A stretch of 63,866 nt of DNA, counting the filler, from Aduncisulcus paluster (Eukaryota): assembly GCA_024181965.1 (NCBI GenBank). It is 4 parts of 4 records of this genome, joined end to end, with 100 filler letters (N's around TTAATTAATTAA, not from the genome) between each part and the next. Parts side by side here need not be neighbours in the genome. Positions count along the whole stretch, not along the records: positions 1 to 22,889 come from BQXS01012725.1; positions 22,990 to 50,600 come from BQXS01012726.1; 2 more parts are not named here. One strand, given 5' to 3'. Positions 20,771 through 32,034 of the stretch are shown here, in pieces. The notes below the pieces were generated by a model. It saw only the letters and a list, made by a program, of their open reading frames with translations. It was not told the origin of the DNA and searched no databases. The position numbers were made by a program, and so were the translations under genes. Numbering within the stretch: position 1 is the stretch's first letter; each line of letters starts with the position of its first letter.

Positions 20771-22600
20771 ATGGCCAGACAGAGGATTAGAGTTGGTCAG
20801 AGATTAAGAGAAGAAAAGAAAAATCAAAGAAAAAATCAAAATCCCATTAAAATCGATGTTCCCAAAGAAATCCCACCGCCTCAAATGACATCATCTATTC
20901 GTTTAGCACTCAGGCATTTCCGACTTCGGATTGATAAAGCTCCTCTCGGGACAGGTGGCACTGCCAGTGTGTGTAAAGCCATTGATGAAACTTCTGTCCA
21001 GAATTATGCACTTAAAACAGTTGAATGTCGTTCTGGACTTCAGACCATTGAAATGTTGCGGCAAGAATCAATGATACAGAGCCAATTTTCTCCGCAACGA
21101 GGGGATGAACATTCACACTCAGAATATGATTATTATTCTCGCCACGTGATTCAACTTCATGCATACGAAGAAATCCCCGGGGAAGAAGGGACCGATCGAG
21201 TTTATTTTTTAATGGAGCTTGCAAAATGTGATTTAGCTTCATATTTACAATGCTCCCGCATTATCGACCCATCAAAGCGTCTTGCAGAGTTTCAACGTCA
21301 TGGTTTGTTCATCGGCGAATCATCTGCTCCGATTTTAACTCTCCCAAAGATTATGGAGATGTTTAGATCAGTCGTTGAGTGTGTGCAGTGTGTTCATAGT
21401 AGAAATATTCTCCATAAAGATATAAAACCTGCAAATTTTTTATTAACCGATTCAAAACATTTAAAAATATGCGATTTTGGCATCAGTGAACAGATTAATT
21501 ACGGCAAAGATGAGCTTATTCCCAAAACGGTGACAGGAACTCTTGAATTCATGGCTCCCGAGTTTTTTGAAGATAAAGTCGAGCATGTTCGTCTTTCCAA
21601 AGCATATGACGTGTGGTCTCTTGGCTGTTTACTTCATAATATGATATACAATCAACATATTGAACTTCCTATTAATAATACAATGCCCGCGAAGAAAAGA
21701 TTCGAAATAATGAAGTTATATTGGGCAAAAAATGATATTCAGACCCTTCATGGTGACGTTTCCTCGTTTCCTCACATTCTCTCGTGCTCATCGAATTTTC
21801 TTTATCATATATATGATCTTCTCCAGCGATGTCTCGAGAAAAACCCTTCAAGAAGGATATCCATTGTGGATATACTCTCACATAAAGCCTTAAATTTTGA
21901 AAAATATGATGAAATGGAAATATTATCGACTCGACAGCCAATTCTTGACATGTCCCAGCATCAAATTGCAGAAGAAGTCCTCAAAATACGGCAAAAAATA
22001 ATTCGTCGATTTGAAAATATCCGTCAAAATTTCTTTAAGGTGTTGAATGGTGTCATAGTTGTTTCAAATGAACTTGAAGAAAGGAAAAGAGCTGAATCAA
22101 AGGGGGAAGACACTTTCATTGTTGAATTAGAAAAGGCCATGAAACAGTTCAGCTCTCTTACAAAACATCCAGAATCTCAAAAAACAATTAGTCGTGTAAT
22201 TTCAGAAAGAACCATCTCATGTCACAAAGTCTTAAGTTCTCTTATCGAATATTCCAATATAGAACCCATAATTAAAGAAACTATGCCACACATTCTCTCA
22301 ATGCAAACGATATTGACAAATTCTGATGATTTTGAAAAGAAAAAGTTTGTCAATGCACTCTCAGCAAAAATTATGAAATTTCTTGCAGATCTCCGGCTCA
22401 TTATGCGTAAAAAAAGGTGGAATTTCCGGCAAGAACTTGAAAATTGGAAACTTGGGATGTCTTATTCTGATTCTGAGCTCGAGATATTACGAGACAAATT
22501 GCTCACACATAATGAATCCATTCATATATGCATTGACCTTTTGAAGCATTCATGTGATTGTCTTGCCGCCTTCGACGTTGTTTTGGATTCCTCGCGTTAA
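20771..22600 (+). CDS. Mps1/TTK-like protein kinase with helical C-terminal extension
   Basis: LGTGGTASV, YALK, VIQLHAYE, HKDIKPANFLL, LKICDFGIS, GTLEFMAPE, DVWSLGCLLHNMIY (KPANFL, DFGI and DVWSLGC..Y.M.Y are typical of Mps1). Confidence 0.7.
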   Translation: MARQRIRVGQRLREEKKNQRKNQNPIKIDVPKEIPPPQMTSSIRLALRHFRLRIDKAPLGTGGTASVCKAIDETSVQNYALKTVECRSGLQTIEMLRQESMIQSQFSPQRGDEHSHSEYDYYSRHVIQLHAYEEIPGEEGTDRVYFLMELAKCDLASYLQCSRIIDPSKRLAEFQRHGLFIGESSAPILTLPKIMEMFRSVVECVQCVHSRNILHKDIKPANFLLTDSKHLKICDFGISEQINYGKDELIPKTVTGTLEFMAPEFFEDKVEHVRLSKAYDVWSLGCLLHNMIYNQHIELPINNTMPAKKRFEIMKLYWAKNDIQTLHGDVSSFPHILSCSSNFLYHIYDLLQRCLEKNPSRRISIVDILSHKALNFEKYDEMEILSTRQPILDMSQHQIAEEVLKIRQKIIRRFENIRQNFFKVLNGVIVVSNELEERKRAESKGEDTFIVELEKAMKQFSSLTKHPESQKTISRVISERTISCHKVLSSLIEYSNIEPIIKETMPHILSMQTILTNSDDFEKKKFVNALSAKIMKFLADLRLIMRKKRWNFRQELENWKLGMSYSDSELEILRDKLLTHNESIHICIDLLKHSCDCLAAFDVVLDSSR

Positions 22601-22669
22601 GAGTCAGTGCCTTGAACCCAGCAATATCAAATATATGCCTACAATCAGTGATTTTTACTAGTAAACCAT

Positions 22670-22889
22670 TCATTCTAACCCTGCTGCCTTCCTAGCCTTA
22701 ATGGAATGAGAAATGAATGAGTTAAGTTTCCCTCTTTCCATTTCCTCGACTATCTTCTCTTCATCTTGCTTTGATATTTCCTCAGTACCCTTTTTCTTCA
22801 CAACCTGAGAAATACGACGCAAATTTGGACTAATCTTCAAACAACAAACCTTACCACGGTCGTCACCAACCAGGACAATGGGGTACACA
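22670..22889 (-). CDS. DNAI1: Outer-arm dynein intermediate chain 1 (IC78), C-terminal fragment cut by scaffold end
   Basis: PIVLVGDDRGKVCCLKISPNLRR matches DNAI1 PIIIVGDDRG....LKLSPNLRK. Confidence 0.85.
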
Positions 22890-22989
22890 NNNNNNNNNNN
22901 NNNNNNNNNNNNNNNNNNNNNNNNNNNNNNNNNTTAATTAATTAANNNNNNNNNNNNNNNNNNNNNNNNNNNNNNNNNNNNNNNNNNNN
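22890..22989. other. Artificial scaffold linker (N-run + TTAATTAATTAA + N-run)
   Basis: Six-frame stop spacer in Ns; same 100-nt structure at 50601-50700 and 61682-61781. Confidence 0.95.
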
Positions 22990-23734
22990 TTGTACAATTT
23001 TGTTTGTATTGTATGACCACCAACCTTTTCTTTAAGAACATAATCAATAAATTCTTTTGCTAATGACATCGGTTTCAATATTATTTTCGAATATGAATAT
23101 TATTTCGTTTTTTAATTTTTGAAAAATGAAATGTTCGTATTTCCACTTTATATAGTAGTTGGGCAAAATAGGGTATATATAGTACAGTATATTGTTAAAC
23201 ATAATATATTTTTACTATTAGTGAATTGAATCTCTTTAATCAAATTTTGGTGAGACACACTGTTATTTTGTTTTATTAATATTATTTCTATTTTATTATT
23301 ATTTATATTCTTAATTTATTATATTTATTATGTTCCAACTTAGTCAATATTCTATTTTTAGATAATCTTGATTCTTCGTATAACTCAGTAAATTGTCTTC
23401 AAGCTTAGATTAAATTCCTTTCGGAAGCCTACTTGATACCACAAAACAACAATTGAAAATATTATCATGCAAACAAAACTAAAAAACATGTTCAATCTTT
23501 AAATAGCCGATGGATTTCGATGATTTATTTGAAAATTCTTTGTAAAATATTAATAAAAGAAAAAGAACCAATATACGTATTTTTTATTTTTTTGATATTT
23601 TTATCCGTTCAGGCAGGAGAGTATCTCGTTCATTGTACTCATTTATTCCAAATTGTTTTCAAAAATATCCATAAAACTATAAATAAAACTTATTTATTAT
23701 ATTTTGATCTCATTTTCGAGAATTGAGACACACT

Positions 23735-23779
23735 GAATTGTTCAACAATTCGTAAACACTGACATGTCAGTGACTGACA
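23735..23779. repeat. Palindrome chain
   Basis: GAATTGTT-C-AACAATTC 23735-23751; CACTGACATGTCAGTG 23757-23772; TGTCAGT-G-ACTGACA 23765-23779. Confidence 0.9.
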
Positions 23780-24037
23780 GATGGAACCAATATGGTCGCC
23801 ATAAAATTGACTTTGAAAAGCAGTAAATTCCTCAGAGACGGACATTTCCAACCTTTTCCAATCTTTGGATATCCAAGATCTTTGATCGTTTGAACTTTCA
23901 CCAGAGCTTCATACAACCACACTCATACGTTCATCATTTGTTGTGGTTTGTTGTATGTAAATAGTGTATTCTTCCCTCTCTGCTAACCCAACTTGTTGAC
24001 AAACCAGCTGAGCTATAAAAGGCCTAATACTATATAG

Positions 24038-24417
24038 ATGTCGCGAACATCTTACACAACTCTCTTAAAAGATACCACATTGCCAAGGTATACCGTCGTG
24101 ACAAACCACAGATGACCAAAGGACGTTTCAGGGAGTTTTATCAGTGTGATTTGGATATCTCTGGTGTGTATGATCCTATGTTGCCCGATGCAGAGGTTGT
24201 CTCTGTCGTTGCTGAGATTCTTAAGGCTATTGACGTCGGAAAGTTCACTGTCCGCGTCAACTACCGTGGTCTTCTCGATGCCATTGTTGACATTAGTGGT
24301 GCCCGTGATGTAACAAAGGATTCTGAAGAAGACTGTGAATTGAAGTTCAAGACCGTGTGTGCCGCTGTTGACACCTCAGGATATCCCATGGACGTTCTCA
24401 AGGAAATTCGTGAATAG
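24038..24417 (+). pseudogene. HARS: Histidyl-tRNA synthetase fragment (class II motif 2 region only)
   Basis: LKRYHIAKVYRRDKPQMTKGRFREFYQCDLDISG.YDPMLPDAEV...FKTVCAAVD, then diverges and stops; no motif-1 exon upstream and no motif 3 or anticodon domain. Confidence 0.8.
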
Positions 24418-24509
24418 ATCCTTATCATGATCTCTATCATTAATTACGGTTTCTTGTACTTCTGTGAATGACTAATTATGGAATGCGTGCACTTATTTCT
24501 CCTTCACGT

Positions 24510-27500
24510 TCATCTTGATGTGTTATCCTTTTCAGTGCTCTGATGATCCAATGTATCTTGAAGTTTTGAAGTTATGGATTGAGTTCCATGACTCTCCTTT
24601 TCACTTTCATCTTGCTCTTTATCGATAATATCATGTGGATTAATTGTAGATTCTTGTACTTCTGAATGATCCATTGGACCACCAATAATGGTTCCAGAAT
24701 ATCCATAATGTTTCCGATTTTGTTCTCTAATAATATCATCAATAGATGGACATTTAAATCCTTCTCCAATCTCTGGCAGCAAATATTTGATGCTTTGCAC
24801 CTTCAATCGAGCTTTATGAACACTCATACGTTTGTCAACATCAAATTGAGTTAAACCTGTGAATATTTCATTCAAACATGCATGAACAGGCTGGAATTTA
24901 CCACCTTCAATGGTTAATAAGGATTTAAATAGAGCAGATTGACTAAGTTTTGGACACATATTCTTTTCCATCAGACCCATTAGTACTCCCATAGTCTCTA
25001 AATTAATCCTAAAATCATCTCCCATGTGTTTTCTAAAAACTTCTCTGAATATGGGCAATGAAATAAAAGGATGTTTACAAAAGAATAAAGCGAGAATCGA
25101 CATCCCAAGAGAATATCCATCACTTTCTTGAGATTGAGTTCCGGTTGAAAGTGTTTCATAAGAGTTGTACACAAGAGTTCCACATTTGGATGTGTTTTGA
25201 TTTGGGGTTTCCTTCCTTTTTTCAAACTCAATGGGTTGAAATGAACCTGATTTGGTAGTTGATGAAGATGATATGGAATCTAAGATCTGTGCCAATCCAA
25301 GATCAGAGAGAACAACAGTACATTTCTTTGAATCAGGATCAACACGAATAAGGAAGTTGTCAGGTTTAATATCTCGATGGACAAGGTCTTTCTTTGCTCT
25401 GAACACATCATCAAGACATTCAATCATTCCAACACATAAGGCACTCACTTTCACAGGGTTTAATGTCATGGGATCAAAATCCTTGTGATCGTCACTATCT
25501 TCTTCTGAAGACGAAAAGAAATCGGATAGCTCTTCTTCTTCTTCTTTTTCTTCCTTTTCTTCACTTTCTGAATAAGATTTAGAAGTTTCTACTTCCTCTC
25601 CTTCTTTTCCATCTCCCTCTTCCCCCTGACTTTCAGACTTCTCAACGACACACCATCTCTTGGCAAATGAACTCACACTGCCNNNNNNNNNNNNNNNNNN
25701 NNCAACACGAATAAGGAAGTTGTCAGGTTTAATATCTCGATGGACAAGGTCTTTCTTTGCTCTGAACACATCATCAAGACATTCAATCATTCCAACACAT
25801 AAGGCACTCACTTTCACAGGGTTTAATGTCATGGGATCAAAATCCTTGTGATCGTCACTATCTTCTTCTGAAGACGAAAAGAAATCGGATAGCTCTTCTT
25901 CTTCTTCTTTTTCTTCCTTTTCTTCACTTTCTGAATAAGATTTAGAAGTTTCTACTTCCTCTCCTTCTTTTCCATCTCCCTCTTCCCCCTGACTTTCAGA
26001 CTTCTCAACGACACACCATCTCTTGGCAAATGAACTCACACTGCCTCCAATACAAAACTCCATGATAAATCCATAAACTCCCTGTAAATCTGCATCAAGA
26101 AGATCAAGAATATACAAAGGACGAGGGATACGATTGAAACATTTGGGGTTATTAAACAACTTTCTTTGCACCTTAAATTCCTTGCGACATGTCTTGACAA
26201 CTTTTTCATCAGCTTTCCGAAGCATCTTCTTCAGAACACATGGGAAAGGAATACCATCAATATGAACAAGAAGAACTTCACCAAATCCACCATCACCAAT
26301 GATGCACTGAGGAGTGATGGAAGAAGAGCAGGTCAACGTCGTAGAATCAATCTTGGATACGTGGGAAGCATCACTTTCTATTATTGAATGTTGAGAATGA
26401 ATATCTATTTTTATCTTTCTCCCTCCACCACCTCTCTTCCTTGCTCTTCTTCTTGTCTTTGTGGAGGACATCTTTGACATAATGTTACTGATATATCTCG
26501 AATATTGAGTTTCACAACCGTTATCTCGGCACCATTCCATAGATGAATTATATTGGAGGCTTAATTGAGAGACAAGAACAGGAATCGAAGAGAAAGAAAC
26601 GATTAAATTGGACCAATATTGTGCAGAAATTCCATTTTTCTTTTTGACAAACCAAAACCAATCTGACAGAACATCTTTAACACTTGAATATATTTCGTGG
26701 ATATTTTTAGGTACACAGCATAAATTTGAGAAAAACATTAATACATACTCAAAACATAATAAATATGCATCTTCCTTCTTCTTATCTTGGATAACAATTC
26801 CCTTTATGAACATTCTTTTGACAACATCAAGAACTGGAAGAAATGACGCTTGGAAAATACCAGAACAAATTGAGATATTTGGTCCATCATCATCACAAGA
26901 CCAGGAAATTATGGACAATATCTTGATCCAATATCCATAGCAATCATTATTCCGATATTTAAGAAGCCAATGTTTGACATGGGGTTTAATTAAGGTGTAT
27001 ATTGAATGCCTAATTTTAGTTTCGTGAGAAAGTGAGATATTTCTCAATGTGGCCAACATATTAAGCATAATTGTTCCCTCCAACTTCTCCATACTTTCTG
27101 GTCCTCTCTCAAGAATACGTTGGAAAGTGGGGGAGATCTTTGGGAGGAAAGATTCCCATTTGTCATGAACACCAAATGAATAATTCACACAAATATTACA
27201 ATATTCTTTATCGATGTGATAAGTTAACACCTCCTCACATCTTGAGAGATGACCAATGAAAGTGTCAATGAGATCATTCAGATCAGAAATGGGGAGATAA
27301 ATTTCCTGGTCCGCTGAAATATTATGTCTAACAAACCATCTTAAACACTGAGTACATAGAATAATCTCATTTTTGTGCTCTTCAATCTCACTCTTTGATT
27401 GGTACTCAAGGAAGACAGTGAGAATTTCCTTTCTAAACTTATAGTAAAAATCTGATGTAGAAATTTCACCCAAGGATGTTTTAATATCCAAGAGTAATTT

Positions 27501-28961
27501 CTTCCATTTCTCCAAACTTGGATAACAGTTACAAAGGTATTTCAAATAGCATTCCTCAATACTAAAAATAGATTTTCTATTAATACTATTATTCCGAAAC
27601 TTAATATAATTTTCTTTACACCATTCCATGGAGCAATCGAATTTTGGAGATATTTGCGGAACAAAAGAAGGAAATGAAGATAATGTCATGATAAAATACA
27701 TCCATATATTGCCATCCAGAGATTGATGTGGTTTGATGGACTGAATCTTGAACATCCATCCATCGAGCATATCCTTAACGCTCTCATACACCTCGACAGG
27801 GTAATTTGTCTGAACATGGGGGACAGTACCTGATGATGCACCCTGTCCATGCCCATCTCTATGTGTGTCCTCAACCTCTAAAATACAAGGACACGAACAT
27901 AGGTTGGCAAAGAACCCCAGACAAGCATCAATCTGTCCAGACGTATCATACACATCGCCCTTGTACTCATCCCTAAGAATTCCCAGAATAGGACGGAATA
28001 AGTGCCACAATTTTGAGGATCGGAGTGGATCTGGATTGATGTTTGTCTCATCGAGAGTGAGATTCATGAGAATATCCATCCAAAAGCCAAACATCTCAAT
28101 GTCAGAACGATATTTCAAGATCAGGGACAAGGAATGAGGTGCAAGAAGTTCCAATAATGATCTTTTGATATAATTAGAATTTGAGAAAGAAATGGGTTTG
28201 CATATACAAAGGATCTGCTTGAGTACGGCGTCATCGAGTCGACTGTATGAGTGAGACTGTGCCACGGTCAGGATTCTAGATATAATCGGGTATATCAGAG
28301 GGGGATAACTGGGGTTTATGTGAGATAATTGTTCCAAGGATACATGCAGAATCCTTAACAAACAGTGAGTGAGGGGATGGGTATGTAGCTCTGTCTTTTC
28401 TGTCTTTTCTCCTTGTTCAACATGTTCTCCTTGTTCAACATGTTCTCCTTGTTCAACATGGCCTATTCCTTTGGATAGTGCTGTGGGATGGACAGTGCTG
28501 TGGGATGGCAGTGGGGTTGGATGCTCTGGTTCTGAGTATATTGTACCATCAGTTGCGTTGATTTCCACTACTTCGAGGTGTCCAGACATTTCTTCTAAAG
28601 TTGCAGATGTTTTATGTCCAAATACTTCTGTGAGGACACGCTCAACCTTTATCATGGGTTCAAGGAGATAGATCAAGAGTTCATCGATGTTTGGAGAACT
28701 GAGATACAACTGTTTCCCTGTGCTGTCATCATGGTGTACAAATGCAGATATAATTTCAAAGAGAATCGAAAAAAGATCGTGATTAGACTCGATATCGGAG
28801 GGTGTATGGAAACTAGAGAATATCTCTCGAATACTGGGGAGGGTCTCTTTGAAAAGGGCTGTTAGAGTTGTTTGAGAAGAAGTTTCTTTGATTTTATCAT
28901 TTAGATTCTCAAGATCTGAAAGGGAAAAAAGGGTGGTCATTGCCAATGATGCCAGTGGCAA
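24510..28961 (-). CDS. Large ARM/HEAT-like repeat protein with C-terminal kinase (lineage-expanded family); contains gap duplication 25340-25682/25703-26045
   Basis: Two ~300-aa helical modules; kinase IGDGGFGEV, VLKK, HRDIKPDNFL, DLG, GTLVYNSYE; acidic insert inside the kinase domain. Confidence 0.85.
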   Translation of the reverse strand: MPLASLAMTTLFSLSDLENLNDKIKETSSQTTLTALFKETLPSIREIFSSFHTPSDIESNHDLFSILFEIISAFVHHDDSTGKQLYLSSPNIDELLIYLLEPMIKVERVLTEVFGHKTSATLEEMSGHLEVVEINATDGTIYSEPEHPTPLPSHSTVHPTALSKGIGHVEQGEHVEQGEHVEQGEKTEKTELHTHPLTHCLLRILHVSLEQLSHINPSYPPLIYPIISRILTVAQSHSYSRLDDAVLKQILCICKPISFSNSNYIKRSLLELLAPHSLSLILKYRSDIEMFGFWMDILMNLTLDETNINPDPLRSSKLWHLFRPILGILRDEYKGDVYDTSGQIDACLGFFANLCSCPCILEVEDTHRDGHGQGASSGTVPHVQTNYPVEVYESVKDMLDGWMFKIQSIKPHQSLDGNIWMYFIMTLSSFPSFVPQISPKFDCSMEWCKENYIKFRNNSINRKSIFSIEECYLKYLCNCYPSLEKWKKLLLDIKTSLGEISTSDFYYKFRKEILTVFLEYQSKSEIEEHKNEIILCTQCLRWFVRHNISADQEIYLPISDLNDLIDTFIGHLSRCEEVLTYHIDKEYCNICVNYSFGVHDKWESFLPKISPTFQRILERGPESMEKLEGTIMLNMLATLRNISLSHETKIRHSIYTLIKPHVKHWLLKYRNNDCYGYWIKILSIISWSCDDDGPNISICSGIFQASFLPVLDVVKRMFIKGIVIQDKKKEDAYLLCFEYVLMFFSNLCCVPKNIHEIYSSVKDVLSDWFWFVKKKNGISAQYWSNLIVSFSSIPVLVSQLSLQYNSSMEWCRDNGCETQYSRYISNIMSKMSSTKTRRRARKRGGGGRKIKIDIHSQHSIIESDASHVSKIDSTTLTCSSSITPQCIIGDGGFGEVLLVHIDGIPFPCVLKKMLRKADEKVVKTCRKEFKVQRKLFNNPKCFNRIPRPLYILDLLDADLQGVYGFIMEFCIGGSVSSFAKRWCVVEKSESQGEEGDGKEGEEVETSKSYSESEEKEEKEEEEELSDFFSSSEEDSDDHKDFDPMTLNPVKVSALCVGMIECLDDVFRAKKDLVHRDIKPDNFLIRVXXXXXXXGSVSSFAKRWCVVEKSESQGEEGDGKEGEEVETSKSYSESEEKEEKEEEEELSDFFSSSEEDSDDHKDFDPMTLNPVKVSALCVGMIECLDDVFRAKKDLVHRDIKPDNFLIRVDPDSKKCTVVLSDLGLAQILDSISSSSTTKSGSFQPIEFEKRKETPNQNTSKCGTLVYNSYETLSTGTQSQESDGYSLGMSILALFFCKHPFISLPIFREVFRKHMGDDFRINLETMGVLMGLMEKNMCPKLSQSALFKSLLTIEGGKFQPVHACLNEIFTGLTQFDVDKRMSVHKARLKVQSIKYLLPEIGEGFKCPSIDDIIREQNRKHYGYSGTIIGGPMDHSEVQESTINPHDIIDKEQDESEKESHGTQSITSKLQDTLDHQSTEKDNTSR
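28406..28460. repeat. 18-bp tandem repeat x3 (TTCTCCTTGTTCAACATG; encodes HVEQGE)
   Basis: Direct reading. Confidence 0.9.
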
Positions 28962-29666
28962 AATGATTTGAGGAAATTAAAAAAATAAATACTAAAATAG
29001 GCAGAGATTAATGTATGAATAATTTATAGGTGGAAATTAATGGAACATTTGAAAATTAATGGGAAGCCTTCGAGATAAATAGTGGATCATTAAAAAGATC
29101 AACATACGGGATAACAGTTACCAAAAATGCCAAAAAATGTAATTTAATTCACAATTAAAATTGATTACCGGAAAGTTGAATGATAAATTCAGTCAAAATC
29201 CGTCACTAGAAACAAACAAAAAAGAAACTTTCTGAACTGAGTTATTGGATGATCCACCGTTATTGTATTTTATTTCACTAATATCTCCTGCTCCATAGCC
29301 ATATCTATACTCGTTAATGAAGTCATATACATGGAATGGATTCAGTGATATTACGAGGAATTATAAGGGAGGAAAAATATGAAAATAAAGATGCTTATCA
29401 CGGGATTATCTGGAAATAAAATGATTTAAAGTACAAAATCCGCACAAATTTATGACAAGTCGAAAAATCTAGATTGAATCTGGAAAAGGCCAAAAGTGAT
29501 GAAAATAGTTACATGAGGCATACATACATAAAAAACAATGAATTAAAATAGAAAAATCGACATGGAAACAAGAAAACTGAAAAGGAGAGCGTTGAAATAG
29601 CGCTCGAAACCGAATATAGCAAAAAAATGCTGATAGAATAAATATTTTGGAAAAATAAATAAATGA

Positions 29667-30113
29667 CTAAAAAATTAACAAATAAATAATCAAAAAAATA
29701 AAAAACAATAGCACCAAAATGAACAATATGGCCAAAATAGAGTTTAATTTGACTTGAGAGCATATTTGATCTTCTTGGATCTGATCAATATCATCAGAAT
29801 ATGATAATGGAGGTCCTGGTGCGGTCAAAACCTCGATAGATTCAAGAACAGCCTGTTCCTGAGGACGTTGGGAAACGAATGACAGCTCAGATATATCATC
29901 GGTCAGGATAATATTATCTTCGTGGTCTTCAAAAGTTCCCATTTCATTCGTAAATTCTGGGAAAGCTTTTGAAATGATTGGAATATCTCTCAATAAAGAG
30001 TCATCAGATCCCATATATATCGAATCATCTTCATCACAACTTAAAGTAAGATCGAGGTTTTCAGTATTATTTGGTTGAAATAGTGACATTTCTTCGCAAT
30101 TCAATGAATTCAT
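29667..30113 (-). CDS. Acidic hypothetical protein with C-terminal hydrophobic segment
   Basis: 148-aa ORF; shares GPP.SYS.D.D with the neighbouring ORF. Confidence 0.5.
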   Translation of the reverse strand: MNSLNCEEMSLFQPNNTENLDLTLSCDEDDSIYMGSDDSLLRDIPIISKAFPEFTNEMGTFEDHEDNIILTDDISELSFVSQRPQEQAVLESIEVLTAPGPPLSYSDDIDQIQEDQICSQVKLNSILAILFILVLLFFIFLIIYLLIF

Positions 30114-30963
30114 AGTAAGACTTCGAAGAAAACAAGAAGAAAAGCAAGATCATCAAGTCTAAAAATAGAATTCGACCCTCATTCACTTAAAAACGGATAA
30201 TTCGATGCATAATTGATCCATATAGTTGATTAAAATGAAGAAACCCCCCCATTTTTACATTCGGATTTCCCTCTAAACCATGATCATCAACTCCGAGATT
30301 CGAGTCGAATCGGATGTAATTGACAAAATAACGCGATATTTTGAGAAAATGAGGGTTAAAAATGATAATATAAATCAGATAATTGATGATCGAACATTTA
30401 TTTCAGTTGATATAACACATCCACCCAAGATATCTCTATGTATGTAGGAAATTCATATAATTATCTTAGGATCAGAGCTATACCAAAACTGGAATCAAGT
30501 AATTTTCGAACAAAGAGTTGGAGAGCCCATAAAAAAAAATACAATTGAGAAAAGAAAATCCGGGAAACAATTTTAGAATAAAAATAATAAATAAAATAAA
30601 ACCGAAAAAAGAATAAGAAATACCGACAAATAAAACTAAAATGACATCGACAGATTGAACTTGAAATATCAAATAAATAAACATGAGAACAAATAACAGA
30701 TATCTTTGGACCATGAAAATGGGGAAATTGGAGAGAAAATATGTATTTGCATTCCTTATCAAGGTAATAAAAGAAAACTAGACTGTTTAAAGCTATTCTA
30801 AATTATTGAAACATATATATATACGTTGTTGACATAGGAATCAAAATTAGACCAAAAATATAAAAAATTAAATAACATAATAATAATAATAATAATAATT
30901 GTCGGAGATTTGAAGTAAAATTGACAAAAAAAACAAGAAATAACTGGACGAAGAGTTTTCGAT

Positions 30964-31446
30964 TCAGTATTCATCAAAATCACCAGAATAAGAAGACGGG
31001 GGACCAAAGGAAGTGGTTATCTGTCTAAGGTCTGGCAAAAGAGAGTATCGAATTGGAATTTCAGACAAAGATTGAAGAATATCATCATGAGATAATGGCA
31101 ATCCAATATCTTGGGTTGGTTGAGCAATTAGATCATCTTGAAGACTGTCATGATGTATGTGGGTAGCAATATCGTTGACATTGTGAGAAGTATCAGCCTG
31201 AATTGGATCAAATGGAGGATCAGGAATATCACAAAGGACTTGTGGAATGTGACTAAGCAAATCGATTTCCATTTCAATTGAAAATGGGGTATCAAAACCT
31301 ATTAATCCATTTGGAGTTCTAATAACTTCCAGATGAGGGGCATCGTCATCAGAAAAACTTAAAAGGTGAATATCAGAATCAAGATCGGCAGAGGATGCAT
31401 TTTCGTCATCTTGAAAGGGTGATTCTTCATCATCAGATAATGTCAT
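30964..31446 (-). CDS. Acidic hypothetical protein, probable tandem paralog of 29667-30113 (possibly truncated)
   Basis: MTLSDDEESPFQ...LSFSDDD...GPPSSYSGDFDEY vs MNSLNCEEMSLFQ...LSCDEDD...GPPLSYSDDIDQ. Confidence 0.5.
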   Translation of the reverse strand: MTLSDDEESPFQDDENASSADLDSDIHLLSFSDDDAPHLEVIRTPNGLIGFDTPFSIEMEIDLLSHIPQVLCDIPDPPFDPIQADTSHNVNDIATHIHHDSLQDDLIAQPTQDIGLPLSHDDILQSLSEIPIRYSLLPDLRQITTSFGPPSSYSGDFDEY

Positions 31447-31651
31447 TTTTTTTGATTCGTTGATCTCAGAGGAAAATGTTTTTTTTAATTTTGATTTGAA
31501 ACTCCGATTTTCCTTATTGTTTGATAGCACAACAATTTTGTTTATAACTTGTCTTATTGCACTAAATAGTTCATTTATAAACATAATTCTGATTTTATTA
31601 TTTAATTAATATGCAAATTATGGACTTAGGAAGGAAAACTGTTCACCATGA

Positions 31652-31693
31652 TATTGAACTTCAATAGCTTGAAGCTAATTAATCAAATTGATT
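31652..31693. repeat. Palindrome chain
   Basis: TATTGAA-C-TTCAATA 31652-31666; TAGCTT-G-AAGCTA 31665-31677; AATCAA-A-TTGATT 31681-31693. Confidence 0.85.
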
Positions 31694-32034
31694 CAAATAC
31701 AATTGATAAATTAATAAAATGAAATTGTTTGATATCATTTTCCCATCCAGACATAAAGATAATTCCTCATGAACTATGATCATCATCACTATCTATCATA
31801 GTGCATAGCCGAACGAGCATGCCGACGGAACGAGTTCCGTAGAATAATCTTAAATTCTTCAAATGAGTCTCCGTATGAATTATAATCAAAATATATCCAA
31901 AGAATAAAGAAGTTGGGGGAAAAAATTAGCTATTATTTCAATTCGGTATATATTCGCATTATATAGACCGATAGAGACGAATACTTTAAACAAGAGAGTG
32001 TGTGAATATCAACAAATGATAAACGACAGAGTCA

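Noticed and set aside
22890..22989. TTAATTAATTAA motif within N runs (also 50601-50700, 61682-61781)
   Set aside because: Synthetic six-frame-stop linker; gene adjacency across it is meaningless
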